Source: Lophium mytilinum (taxonomy: Eukaryota). Taken from it: a stretch of DNA of 64,000 nt. The stretch is taken from the NCBI GenBank assembly GCA_010093605.1, contig MU004181.1:3410001-3474000 (forward strand), written 5' to 3'. Position 1 is the stretch's first letter. Every line of letters begins with the position of its first letter. A program made the position numbers and the translations under genes. Under the pieces are notes generated by a model. The model was not told where the DNA came from, made no database searches, and worked only from the letters and a program-made list of their open reading frames with translations. Shown one piece after another: positions 12,684 through 25,374 of this stretch.

Positions 12684-13909
12684 ATGGACCGCGACGACAT
12701 TACAGCGGAGACCCCGCTCATGGAGCACATGGTCATCCCGCCAGTCTTCAAGTCACTTTCCCGCAATGTCGACAGCTTGGCGGAATCGCACTCGGTGCCT
12801 CCACATGTAGACTTTCCAATTCGTACGCTCTGCCAATCGGCCGTGTAAATTGAGCTTTTGCTAATCTCCGAGAAGCCTCTTTTACTTTTGCGAAGAAAGA
12901 TGCCAGCGGACGGCGACTACCGCAAGCCATTGCCCACCGCGGATACAAAGCAAAATTCCCCGAGAACACCATGGGCGCCTTCAAGGGAGCTGTCGAAGTT
13001 GGAGCACATGCCATAGAGACTGACATCCACCTGACTAAAGACGGAGTTGTTGTGCTTTCGCATGTGAGCTTAGATTTCGAGACGCGATAGCCTCGCCATA
13101 CTGATCTCGTCCAGGACGCAGACCTCAAGAGGTGTTTTGGGAGACCGGAGAAGATCATAGACTGCGACTGGAAACTTTTGAGCGATCTGCAGACGCTCAA
13201 GGAACCTCGCCAACACATGCCGCGGCTTTCCGACCTTTTGGAATACGTCGCGCAGCCTGGTATGGAAGATATATGGGTGCTCCTAGACATCAAGGTGAGT
13301 AACACTATCACTTCCTAAAATCATATAAACTAATATGAACAGCTGGATAATGACGCCGACGACGTAATGCGTTTGATTGGCGAGACTATTCGCAGTGTCT
13401 CTCCCTCCGACAAGCGTCCATGGAACTCACGGATTCTCCTTGGCTGCTGGGCTGCGAAATACATACCACTATGCGCCGACTACCTCCCAGGCTTCCCCGT
13501 CACTCATATTGGATTCTCCATTCTTTACGCAAAACACTTCTTCAACGTGCCAAACGTGTCTTTCAACATTCTCCAACAGGTTCTAATGACACCATGGGGA
13601 AGCGCTTTCATCAAAAAGATAAAATCCCACAAAAGGCCAATCTTTGCGTGGACTGTCAATGATGAGAAGAGGATGAGGTGGGGGATTAGGAAAGAGCTAG
13701 ACGGCATAGTAACGGATGATCCAAAGCTCTTCTTGGAAGTTCGCAAAGGGTGGCATGAGGGAATGAAGGACGGCTTCGGAATCATGCTTTGGTATGACAT
13801 TCTAAAGATCAACATTTTGGCAGTGGTATTCGGCTTCTTGTTCTGGAGGAAATTTAAGGCTTCAGAAGACAAGAAGCTAATCAAGAGACGAGTCACAGAG
13901 GAACAGTGA
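12684..13909 (+). CDS. Glycerophosphodiester phosphodiesterase (Pgc1-like phosphatidylglycerol phospholipase C)
   Basis: [61 protein letters not shown] and DGIVTDDP, plus a C-terminal TM helix. The start codon is tentative. Confidence 0.85.
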
Positions 13910-14207
13910 TGAGCATTTAGCAGAAATACCGATGTTGTGAGAGGGCATCTCGAGCATCTGTATACAGGCGCATTGGCATAGAATATGGGACCGACTCTAA
14001 GTTTCACAGTAACACAGATAATAGCATGATTGACACTTGAAATCAATTTACATCAACTGGTGAATTCTGAGTCTGATCTGACAGCGTGCTTGTGAAGTGT
14101 CAATTTTTGTGTTGCCTGAGGCATCAACAATTTGAGCGCGACACGAAATTCAACTCCCCGCAACGCGTCCGCCGACCCACCAAACTAAACAACCACAACT
14201 TTGCAAG

Positions 14208-16102
14208 ATGCCCAGGTACGCCTCACGCCTGCGAATACAGCGCAATACATGCTTACACCTCGTATAGAGAAATCATCACTCTGCAAGCCGGCCAATGCGG
14301 TAATAGCGGTGCGTTACTCCCACTGTCGACTCATTCCTCATGAGCTTCTTCCGCCCCTTGCAACGCGAACCATCTTGGCTACAGAAACCGGCGCAGAGTC
14401 CTCGGCGATGAGATAATAATGTACTGATTGTACTGTTACAGTGGGCTCCCAATTCTGGCAGCAACTTTGTCAAGAGCACGGCATAAACCAAGACGGCAAT
14501 CTTGAGGATTTCGCGACAGAGGGCGGCGATAGGAAAGACGTCTTCTTCTATCAAGTAAGAGAAGTTTATGTCTCTGCTAGCTATATCTTATGCTGACAAT
14601 GAATCCAGTCGGACGACACAAGATATATACCGCGGGCAATATTACTGGACCTAGAACCCCGAGTGCGTGAGGATCTTCAAACATGGAATTATGCCCTTGG
14701 TCTGGATACGTGGTGGCTAACAAAGGACCAGGTGCTCAATGCGATCCAAAACGGCCCCTACAAGAACATATACAACCCCGAGAACTTCTATATCCATAAA
14801 GATGGGACTGGCGCGGGAAATAATTGGGGCGCTGGATACTCGATGGGGGAACAAGTTCATGAGGAGGTCATGGATATGATCGACCGAGAAGCGGATGGGA
14901 GTGACTCCCTTGAGGTAGGTACAATGAGCTGGGATAAGGACATTGCTAAAGAGTTCGTAGGGCTTCATGCTGCTACATTCGATCGCTGGTGGAACCGGTT
15001 CCGGCCTTGGGAGTTTCCTTTTGGAGAGATTGAATGATCATTTTCCGAAGAAGCTTATACAAACATACTCCGTCTTTCCGGATACGCATGATCCCGCTGG
15101 AGGGGATATTGTAGTACAGCCCTACAATTCTCTATTGTCGATGCGGAGATTGACGCAAAATGCCGATTCAGTAGTAAGTATTCTCTACTGTGCGAATTGA
15201 ACTTGACAGCTAACAAATTCCAGGTTGTCCTCGACAATGGAGCACTATCTAGAATTGCGGCGGACCGGCTTCACGTTCAAGAACCTTCGTTCCAACAGAC
15301 CAATCAACTAGTCAGTTTTTCAAGATTCATGTATAAGCTCCATCAGCTAACCATATGTAGGTCTCAACGGTCATGTCCGCCAGCACAACCACTTTAAGAT
15401 ACCCGGGCTACATGCATAACGATCTCGTTGGAATTGTAGCTTCCCTTATCCCGACTCCACGTTGCCATTTCTTGATGACTGCGTACACACCCTTCACAGG
15501 CGAAAATGTTGAACAGGCCAAGACTGTCCGCAAGACGACCGTCCTCGATGTCATGAGGCGCTTGCTACAACCGAAGAATCGCATGGTCTCGACCAATCCT
15601 AGTAAAAAGAGCTGCTACATTTCGATCCTCAACATCATACAAGGCGAGGCGGATCCGACTGATGTAAGTATCATGAAGATGCAAACACGTCAAAGTTAAT
15701 TCTGATCAGGTCCACAAATCTCTCCTCCGCATCCGCGAGCGCCGTCTCGCAACATTCATACCTTGGGGGCCCGCTTCCATCCAAGTCGCACTCACCCGCA
15801 AATCCCCCTACGTCACCTCCTCACACCGCGTTTCTGGCCTCATGCTGGCCAACCATACCGGCATCGCCACGCTATTCAAGCGCACCGTCTTCCAGTACGA
15901 CCGGCTACGAAAACGAAACGCGTTCCTGGAGCAGTACAAGCGCGAGGCGCCATTTGCAGATGGGCTAGGCGAGTTTGACGAGGCTAGGGAGGTTGTGACG
16001 GATCTGATCAGGGAGTATGAGGAGGCGGAAGAGCCGGACTATCTAAGCAAGGAGGTGGACGGGGCTCCGGAGAAGAAGGATAGTGATAATCCGCATGCGT
16101 AG
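14208..16102 (+). CDS. TUB4: Gamma-tubulin
   Basis: [72 protein letters not shown]. About 8 short introns. Confidence 0.97.
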
Positions 16103-17129
16103 GGATGGTGTGTGCATCTGAGGGCTAGGGCGGGCGTCTTCGTGGGATTGCAATGGCGTTGGTGGCCGGTTTCCTGTTTGATGATGTCTTTATGAACTTC
16201 TCCAGCGTCGACCCATAAGCATTTGAAAACGTTGCAAATGATCATAGCTCTGACTGACGGTTGTGAGACTCCAAAGTCCCTGGGGACGTGAGAAAAGTCT
16301 TAAGTCAAGTAATGAACCTTTGAACAGAGAAGAGAGTAAACCGCTTTGTATTAGCATTCAAGACTCACCTTATCCAATCATGATATGCCTGATAAGAGCT
16401 CGGGACGGCTGTCTCAGCCACGCTGATCGGGGTTCATGTTTGAAGCCAAGAACCTGGCACGCGGGGCACGAAAAAGGTGGCACCCTCAACCCGCATTTGC
16501 CTCTTGTACACTTGTCTGTCGCTGTTTGGAGTGCTTCAATACATCTTTTGAAATGTAAAAAAGATAGAACCTTTTAGCTTTGGGCTATCTGGAAACCGGT
16601 CGAAGCACTCCAAGCAATGGCAGACATGTATACACACGACCGCAAAAGATAGATCTTGGTGAGTGTGCCACTTTTTTCATGCCCGGCGTGCCTGGCTGGC
16701 ACACCGGGGTGAGCTCTAAGACGTACCCATATGACGTCGCACTTCAAGCTCCATGTGAACTCATACCAGAAGGAGTATTTGAACCAAAAGGACGAGCAAA
16801 ATAATCGATTGCTGTTCAGCTGCGAATTTCGCTTGTCAGTCAGCCTTTTGGAAGCTTCGTCAGCTGATCCTCCGGCCTTCTACTTGCGGACACTAATCTC
16901 CTCAACTCCACTTCTCTCCACCGAGCTCCATTGACCACAGCTCGCCACCGTCACACGTCTTTCGAACGCCCATCGCTATCGTGCGCATCGCTGGTGCGCC
17001 TCTACACGATTGTTGCAGCCTACAATCGGCTTGTCGCAATAGATCGCTGCCTGCACGCCACATCCGTTGAACTCCGGCTCACCATCTAAGCACTGCCCAC
17101 CATCGCAAACCATCTACAACTTGCGCAAC

Positions 17130-18298
17130 ATGTCTTCCGGTGGATATGGCGGATACCAACAATATGGGGGCAACCCATATGGCGGGAATGAGGCGTCCAA
17201 CCCGTACGGACAAAACACTGAGGCTTCTGGTTATGGAGCTTCAAATCCTTACGGCGCACCGGTAAGCTTTAAGCATTTTGAGAGTCGCACAGAGCTCTCC
17301 TTTCACGCAATGCCCCGTAGCTAATTGTCTACGTAGCAAGGACAGACTCAGAACGCACCGCCGCTAAGCCATGAAGTGTCGAACTACTCCCAGGCCTCTC
17401 AGTACTCCAACAACCCAACCCCAGCCGCGGCGCCCTTTCCCACGCAAGCAAGCGCTCCATTGTCCCAGAATGACTTCCTGGAGCGCGTCAAGGGCGCAAA
17501 GACCCGAATCAACCAGCTTTCTACGAACGTCTCTTCTATCGCTAGTATCCACCAGCGCATGCTGTCGTCCCCAGACAACGCGTCGTCGGCACAATTGGAG
17601 AATCTCGTGTCGCAAACGCAGCTCCAGAACACCGGAATCAAGGACGAGATCAAGTACCTCGAAAGAGATGCCGCGAAGTCGCCGGACAGCAATCTCAAGA
17701 CTTCCCAAGTTCAGAATCTGAAAACGTCTTTCCAGGCCCAGCTGAAGAGCTATCAGGACGAAGAGAGGGAGTACAGCAGCCGGTATCGCGATGCGATTGC
17801 CCGGCAATACCGCATTGTAAACCCAGAGGCGACGGACGATGAGGTGAATCAGGCAGCGAACGCGGATTGGGGCAACGAGGGTGTTTTCCAGACTGCTGTA
17901 AGTTTCCTGCTTTGCCATTGCTTTACAGACCGGGCACTAACCTCATTCCTCTATAGCTCAAGAGCAACCGCACTGGCCAGGCATCTAGCGTGCTAGGTGC
18001 GGTCAGGGCACGACACAATGATATCCAGAAGATTGAGCAGACATTGGGCGATTTGGCATTGCTCTTCCAGCAATTGAACGAGGCAGTCGTCTACCAAGAG
18101 CCTGCCGTGGCCGCCGTGGAACAGCAGACAGAGCACGTCAAAGATGACACCGAGGGAGCGAATGTTGCTCTCGATAAGGGCATTGTCAGCGCTAGGAGGG
18201 CCAGGAAGCTGAAATGGTACACGCTGCTCGTTGTGGTGCTCATTATCGCCATTATTGCTCTCGTGCTAGGTCTGTACTTTGGGCTGAAGAAGAACTGA
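17130..18298 (+). CDS. Plasma-membrane syntaxin (Sso1/Sso2-like Qa-SNARE)
   Basis: G/Y-rich N-terminus, Habc region (RQYRIVNPEATDDEV), SNARE motif VRARHNDIQKIEQTLGDLALLFQQL and a C-terminal TM. 2 introns. Confidence 0.9.
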
Positions 18299-19614
18299 GG
18301 AGGAAGGCCATCTACTTGGGTGGATGTCGGTGCTCTCAAAATCGATTTGCGGGCGTTCTGTAGTAATATGAGGTGATAATGGCAGCAGTCGAGGCGGTTC
18401 GTCGTTTGTGTATACCAGTCACTCGCTCCAGTCGAGCTCAAGAGCATTATGAGTAATAATTTCACGACCAAGGGGGAAGCGGTTGGTAGAAGCGCATACA
18501 TAGGAACGAGAGTTAGCTATTGTCGCGTCCCAAGATTTACTTACGTGTGCAGCAATCTCGTTCACGATCCAAGAGAGTGCCCAGTTGTTTGCAGATGAGT
18601 GCCAAGTCGTCTGAGGCATGGCGGTGGTGATAGCAGACACGTGAGACTAGCTTCATTCGTGCCTGAGGCTCTTAGGTCGTCAATGTCATGCTATGGTAAC
18701 TCACAGCCTATCCAGGATCTCATCTATCAACACATAAAGTGCTAGATCATCCTTTTACACTCCCATCGAGAACCCACGTTACGACTGGGGTCAGGGAACA
18801 GCGGCGGATACTCATGATTTGGATGTCAGCGTCTTGCTCTACCACGATACGATGTTGCTCAACACGAAACGTTATGAATGCTGACGGCCGAACCTCGAGG
18901 GCAAGGCCCATCCTAATGGACACGAACTCTCCAGCCTGATTCAACTAAGTCAGTCCAAGAGACTGAGGACTGGCACCTCGGTGTTCCTGGCGCAGAGCTG
19001 CTGGGCATTCCACCACAGTCCTTGGAGTCTACCAACGCACGGCATCTGTGGCATTGCATTGCGCGTCTCTGCCCATCGCTCGTCTCCACGAAGCCGTGGC
19101 AGCAACAATGACGTCGCGGCAACACAACAGTGGAATGTGAAACAGCACTCTCCAGCCGGGAACAGCAAGACGAATGAATATCGGCGGGCGCTGTTGATCG
19201 CGGGCGAGAATAGATGGGGCAAATTAACTCAGGTTTCCATCCTGGCGCCGCGGCCGCAGGGGCGCTCAGGGGACGGGCGGCTGGTGGGCGTGAATGGTCG
19301 GCGAGACCCTCTTTTCGCCATCTGGTCTGGGCAACGTCCCGTGCGCCTCTCAGACCCCCTGGCTCTCTCCTGAATACTAGATATGGGGGACGCCTCAACC
19401 GCGTTCCTGTTCTTTCACTCTCTCAACAACTGCTCTGTCCTGTTTTTCTGTGCTCTTTCCCTCGCTTTTAGCTAATTCACCCCTTCTCTGGAAGTTCCTC
19501 ACTCGTTTCGGAACTTTCTACCTCTGTTTTTCCACGCCTCTCGCTCGCAGCATTTTGCTGTTACACTACTAGCTTCTACCCACAGGCACTTTTTCTAATA
19601 CCCATTTCGCCATC

Positions 19615-21147
19615 ATGAAGACTTTCGCTGCCTCCCTTGCCCTTGTTGCGGCTCTTTCTTCCTCGGTGCTCGCCTCTCCAGCCAACTTGGAGGCGCGCGC
19701 AACTGCTGCCAGCACTGGCAAGCTTCCCGCCGTCACAGTGAAGGGCAATGGTTAGTCCTACGCGATTTCTGATCGTAGCTCCGTCTCAAGTTTCTTGGCT
19801 ATGTACTGACACGCACTAGCCTTCTTCGCTGGCGACGATCGATTCTATATTCGTGGAGTTGACTACCAACCAGGTATGTTGGACTACTACCGCGTTAACG
19901 TCTCATAAGCTAACTATGAATACAGGTGGTGCTTCCGATGCTAAGGATCCTATTGCCGATGTTGCTGGTTGCAAGCGTGACGTTGCGTACTTCAAGAAGC
20001 TGGGCATAAACACGGTCCGAGTTTACACTGTCGACAACACTGCCGACCACGACGAGTGTATGAGCATGCTGGCCGATGCGGGCATCTACCTAGCATTAGA
20101 CGTCAACACCCCGAAATACTCTATCAACCGCGCCGAGCCTGAGGTCTCGTACAATGACGTGTACCTGCAAAGCATCTTTGCTACCATTGATGCCTTTGCC
20201 AGTTACAGCAACACCCTTCTCTTCTTTTCTGGCAACGAAGTCATCAACGACGACTCTACCACCGCATGTGCTCCTTACGTCAAGGCCGTTACCCGCGACA
20301 TGAGACAATACATTGGCACGCGCGGCTATCGCTCCATTCCTGTCGGATATTCCGCAGCTGACGTCGACTCGAACCGTCTCGAAATGGCCCAATACATGAA
20401 CTGCGGAACCGATGCTGAGCGAAGCGACTTCTTTGCATTCAACGACTACTCCTGGTGCGACCCGTCCAGCTTCACCAAGTCCGGCTGGGACCAGAAGGTT
20501 CAGACGTACAAGAACTACAGCATCCCTCTTTTGTAAGTCTTTTGCCGGCGCGGTAGAGATGTTGGTGCTAATCATAGTACAGCCTGTCTGAGTTCGGTTG
20601 CAACACCAACACTCGCGAGTTCAACGAAATTGCTTCCCTCTACAGCGATGACATGACTGCTGTCTACTCTGGAGGCCTCGTCTACGAATACTCTGAAGAG
20701 GGTTCCAAATACGGATTGGTCAAGATCTCGGGCAACAGCGTCACCCCATTGGATGACTTCAATACCCTCAAGACCAAGCTGGCTGCGACCAAGGCTCCTA
20801 CCGGTGACGGTGGCTACTTGAAGGATGGAGCTGCCACCAAGTGCCCAGCTCAGTCGAGCACCTGGAACGTCACCTGGGGCAACGATCTCCCGTCTATCCC
20901 GGTCCCAGCGAAGAAGTACTTGACCAGCGGTGCCGGAAAGGGTCCTGGTCTCAAGGGCGCTGGATCGCAGAACTCTGGCACCCAGAGCACTGGTACCGCC
21001 CCCGCCAACGCCGGCCAGGTCTCATCCACCTCCACCGCTTCCACCGGTGCGGCTGCCTCTCTCCGCGTCCCCGAGTTCTCAGCGGCCCCATACTTATGCG
21101 GACTCGTTGTTCTCGCATCTACGCTCCTCGGCGCTACCCTGTTGTAA
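19615..21147 (+). CDS. GH72 1,3-beta-glucanosyltransferase (Gel1/Gas-like, no X8 domain), GPI-anchored
   Basis: Signal peptide, RFYIRGVDYQP, LGINTVRVY, FFSGNEV, FFAFNDYSWC, LSEFGCN and YSGGLVYEY. It ends in a Ser/Thr-rich tail and a hydrophobic GPI signal. Confidence 0.93.
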
Positions 21148-21696
21148 ATATGACACTTTGGAGGCGCACATGGGTTGGTTGGCTTTAGCAAATTACAGAT
21201 GGTATCACTGCATTGTCTTAATCGGACTGGCAGGTTGGATCTGTTGATTGGATCCTTGGCTAGGGATTCTTAACACTGATGGTTTTCCTAGATGGACTTT
21301 TTCCTTGGGTGTGGTCTTTTTCCTTTGCGTACTACATATTATGTTCTGCAAAATTACCAACCTTATGGTGGTGTGGTAACTCATGAGGCTGCGAGTCTGT
21401 TTTAGAAATGAAAATACACTATTACCTTCTAGATTATCTCTTGGCTTGTGATACCGTAGGCTATTGACGGAGGAAGCAGAAGGCTACGTATCGTGTCACT
21501 GCCAGTTACACTGTGCTGACTTGGCCTGATTTGCAAGCGGATATAACTCAAGCAACTGTCACGTGATTTGCCATCTTATCGATAAGCTCGCCTTGCGATC
21601 ACCAGACTTCAACACCTCAAGCTTCGTAACTTTCTACATTTCGTCTCCCTACGGAATTACTCTTTTACCCAACTTTTCGCCTCCAATTGAACAGCT

Positions 21697-23651
21697 ATGC
21701 CACGCGACCCCCTCATCGGACTGGTAGGCAAGCCCTCATCCGGCAAGTCAACCACACTCAACAGGTGCGCCCGCTCCCTCCCGCACAGAGAAGGATCAAC
21801 ATTCTGAGGCGTGGTAGCTTGACGGACGCGTCGTCGAAAGTCGGTGCGTATACCACCCATATCTCTTCTTTTGCACAGCATATCTCTTCGGAAAGACTGA
21901 CAACGCGCAGGCAATTTCCCGTAAGCAACTCATATCCACCCCACCACCCCACTATACTCCCCCGGATGCGGATGAAGACTCACACGATATTTTGCGCGCA
22001 GCTTTACAACTATAGACCCCCAACGCGCCATCGGCTACCTCCAGATCCCCTGCGCCTGCTCCCGCTTCGGCGTCAGCGACCGCTGCAAACCGAATTACGG
22101 CGCGTGTGTGGACGGGCGGCGCAGCGTGCCTATCGAATTGCTAGACGTAGCTGGGCTAGTGCCTGGCGCGCATTTAGGACGGGGGCTGGGGAACAAGTTC
22201 CTGGATGACCTGAGACATGCGGATGCGCTGGTGCATGTGGTTGATGTGAGCGGGACCACGGATGCAGAGGGTACGTTTGAGATCGGAGAAAGGAAATTGG
22301 TAGCAAGGGAATGATTATTTTTTAATTGGGCTGATGGGCGGTGGTCTAGGCAAGGCGACGAGGGGATACGACCCTTCGCAGGATATCGTGTGGCTAAGAT
22401 CGGAGATCGTGCGGTGGATACAGGGGAATCTGATGGAGAAGTGGTGAGACCGCGTCAACCTTTCCCCCGGGTTTTTCCAAAAGATGGCGTCTGACGTCTG
22501 CAATCAGGGGATCAATAAAACGACGGCATGTTGCCGTAAGTAAGTCGTCTATATTTTGGGATACCATTCAAATCGCTGACGGCTCGTCTCTTTGTAGAAG
22601 CTACCGCCGTCGAAACCCTGCAAAACCAATTCTCCGGCTATGGCAGCACGTCTTCTGTGGTGGCAAGATGTCTAGACAAGATGGGCTTGAAAGAGCCGCT
22701 GCAGGATTGGTCGAACGAGACGATCGAAAAGGTCGTGGTTGCGTTTACGGACGAGAAGTTCCCAACTGTGATAGCGCTGAACAAGATTGACCACCCGGAC
22801 GCTGACAAGGTGAGAAAGAACGGTTGAAGATTGGAGAGGCGTCCAGCACACTCCTAACAACTTTCAAAATCTAGAACATCGCCAAAATTGCAAAAGCTCA
22901 AGACCCCGAATCCATCGTCCTCTGTTCCGCCATTAGCGAAGTGTTCCTCCGTCGGTTAGCGAAGCAAGGCTTCGTGCGGTACACCGAGGGCAGTGACATG
23001 GTAGAAACAAGAGAAGATCTGATAGAAGACGGCGATCCGGATGGAGGGGGCTTAAAGGAGATGGATGAGAAGCTGAAGAAGTACGGTCAAGTCATACTCT
23101 CTATGTTCAGACATCGCTACTCCAGACTGAACCATCGGTGTCTTTGAACACGACATCTAACTAAATGATCTATAGCCGTATCGAAAACCTCAAAGACATG
23201 GTCCTCTACCGCTTCGGCAGCACGGGCGTCGTGCAAGTCCTCTCCCGTGCCGCAGAGCTCCTCGGTCTCGTCCCTGTGTTTCCCGTCCGAAATATAAACA
23301 CCTTCACATCTGACTCGGCGTCTAGTAATGCCGTATTTCGAGATTGTGTGCTTGTGAAACGGTGAGATATACCCATAAATCTCTTAGGATGACTGCAGTA
23401 CACCATTACTGACGCTGGACGGCAATTTAGGGGATCGACAGTCGGCGACGTCTATCGGAAAGTCATGGGCGACGCACCGATGGCGTACGTGGAGACGGCA
23501 GGCGGCGTGAGGGTCGCGGAAGATGATCTCGTGACGGTGGGGAAGAACGATGTGAGCTATTGCATCCATGTCGTTTTATTGGCTTTTTCTATTCTGAGTT
23601 TTATCCAACTAACCATTGTAGGTTCTATCCTTTAAAGTTGGCCGAGCTTGA
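21697..23651 (+). CDS. Obg-family GTPase (Ygr210c-like)
   Basis: [61 protein letters not shown] and LNKID, with a TGS-like C-terminus ending VLSFKVGRA*. About 10 introns. Confidence 0.9.
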
Positions 23652-24387
23652 GAAAGCCCGTTGGCATATAAAGTGGAGATTCGCTTCCGGCATACCTACT
23701 GTAGATATAGATTCGGCACTATGTAAAGTAAAATGGGTTAATGGAGGTGCTCTAGGAAAGGTCTGAGTAGACTATGGCTGGAGTGCTACAGGTCCAAGTG
23801 CCTAGCTCAGTGAACAGGTTGAAAAGATTAGTTCCATGAGCCTCAGCTTCATCTCGCAGAGTATTTCCACCTGATTGGGCCCCTCGCGTTAGAACCCAGA
23901 AAGCACTTACCGACCCACTAATGGCCGCATGACCCCTGAATCCCAAGACTGCAAAACACCACCCTCCCCAGGGAAGAAGGGCGTAGAAACTCTATCTAGC
24001 CCACGGGAATCAATACTACTAAGATGTCATTGTCTCAGAGTTTCCACCTCCTTGAGTCTCGTTCTTCTTTCTTAAGCTCAACTCAATGTTACCGCCAACT
24101 CTCCCCACCAACAGAAAGGCAGAATGTCACACGTGAAAAAAGTCACATACCGGAAAGGTCAGAAAACGAATTGTACTCGTATGCCACTAATCCACCAAGC
24201 GCCGATGCAAGGAGCGTATAAGTGAGTATATACAATCGAAACCAACCACAACCACCCCAACGACTCCCTACCGAATGCTCGACACCCTACCAAAGAAAAG
24301 CTCTCATATCCTCACCGCGGTTCGTTCGCCCAGCAAACCTCACACCGCCACTCCCCCCATGCACGCACACACCATGCTGCGCTGCCC

Positions 24388-25374
24388 TTACTCCAACTCC
24401 GGCTTCCCCAAAATCCCCCTCGCCATATGGCGCTTGCGGAGGTTAAACTCGACCGCGCGCTTCTTCGCCGCCGGGCTCTGGGTAAACGCCGCGCTGCCGC
24501 CAAAGGGCCCCGCGAGCGCCGAGTTCTGCATGCGCACGACGCAGACGTTCTGCGCGCCGCCGACGGAGCCAGTGCATGTCATGCCGGCGGGCATCTGCAC
24601 CTTGACGGGGAAGTCGGTTGTGGTGGCGCCCGAGAGGCCGCCGACGCCGATGCCGGGGACGTTTTGGGAGACTTGGGCGGTTTGGAAGGCGGTGGCGTCG
24701 GTGCCGCCGCTTGTGGGGTCGACTGCGGCGGTTAGGGGGCTAATGGGGGGTTAGGTCAGTAGGTTGTTTGATGGGGTTGGGGAAGGGATAAGGGGGCGTA
24801 CCCGGCACCGTCTTGGTTCACTTGGTGGAAAGTCATGGTGATGGAGCCGTCGTCAGCGCATGTGGGCAGGCCGGACGTGGCGCCCTTGCCGGCGGCGGCG
24901 GAGACGCCTTGCTCAGAGGTGCCTTTGGCGGTCTTCGCGCCGGCCGCAGTGGCACCGCCTGCGTTTGCTTTCCCAGCTCCGCCGGCTGCTCCTCCACCGT
25001 TGCCGCCAGTGAGAGCGTCGAGAAGGCCGCGCTTCTTGGTGGCTCCCATGAAAGAGGAGATGGCGGCAGCGGCATCGACCGGGCCGGTGGATGTTCGGCC
25101 AAGGGCAGAGGCTTTGTTGGTGCCTAGCTCCTTATTGCGGATGATGCTAGTGTCGGCTTCAGCGCCGCAGGCTGGAGATGCACAGTCTCTAGGGGTACCA
25201 TCGGCAACTGTGGGGTGTCAGTATGCACGGTTGCTCATTGCTTGTAGGGTATTGAGGTTTACCTGAGAGTCCAGGCATGTTCACTCCGTTGGCTCCTTGG
25301 ATCTCGGTGATGACACCGTGGGCAGAAATATGAGCCGCAAGGGCTGCGAGCAAGATGGCTGGGGAGTAACGCAT
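24388..25374 (-). CDS. Secreted Egh16/GAS/MAS-like protein (DUF3129)
   Basis: Signal peptide followed by HGVITEIQGANG, DGTPRDC...EADTSII, TFHQVNQDGAG|PLTAAVDPTSGG, MPAGMTCTG and CVVRMQNSALAGPFGG. 2 introns. Confidence 0.85.

Noticed and set aside
23871..23910. Minus-strand GTAAGT...CTAAC...CAG intron-like segment between convergent genes
   Set aside because: Only 40 bp with no associated ORF; it could be chance or a UTR intron.
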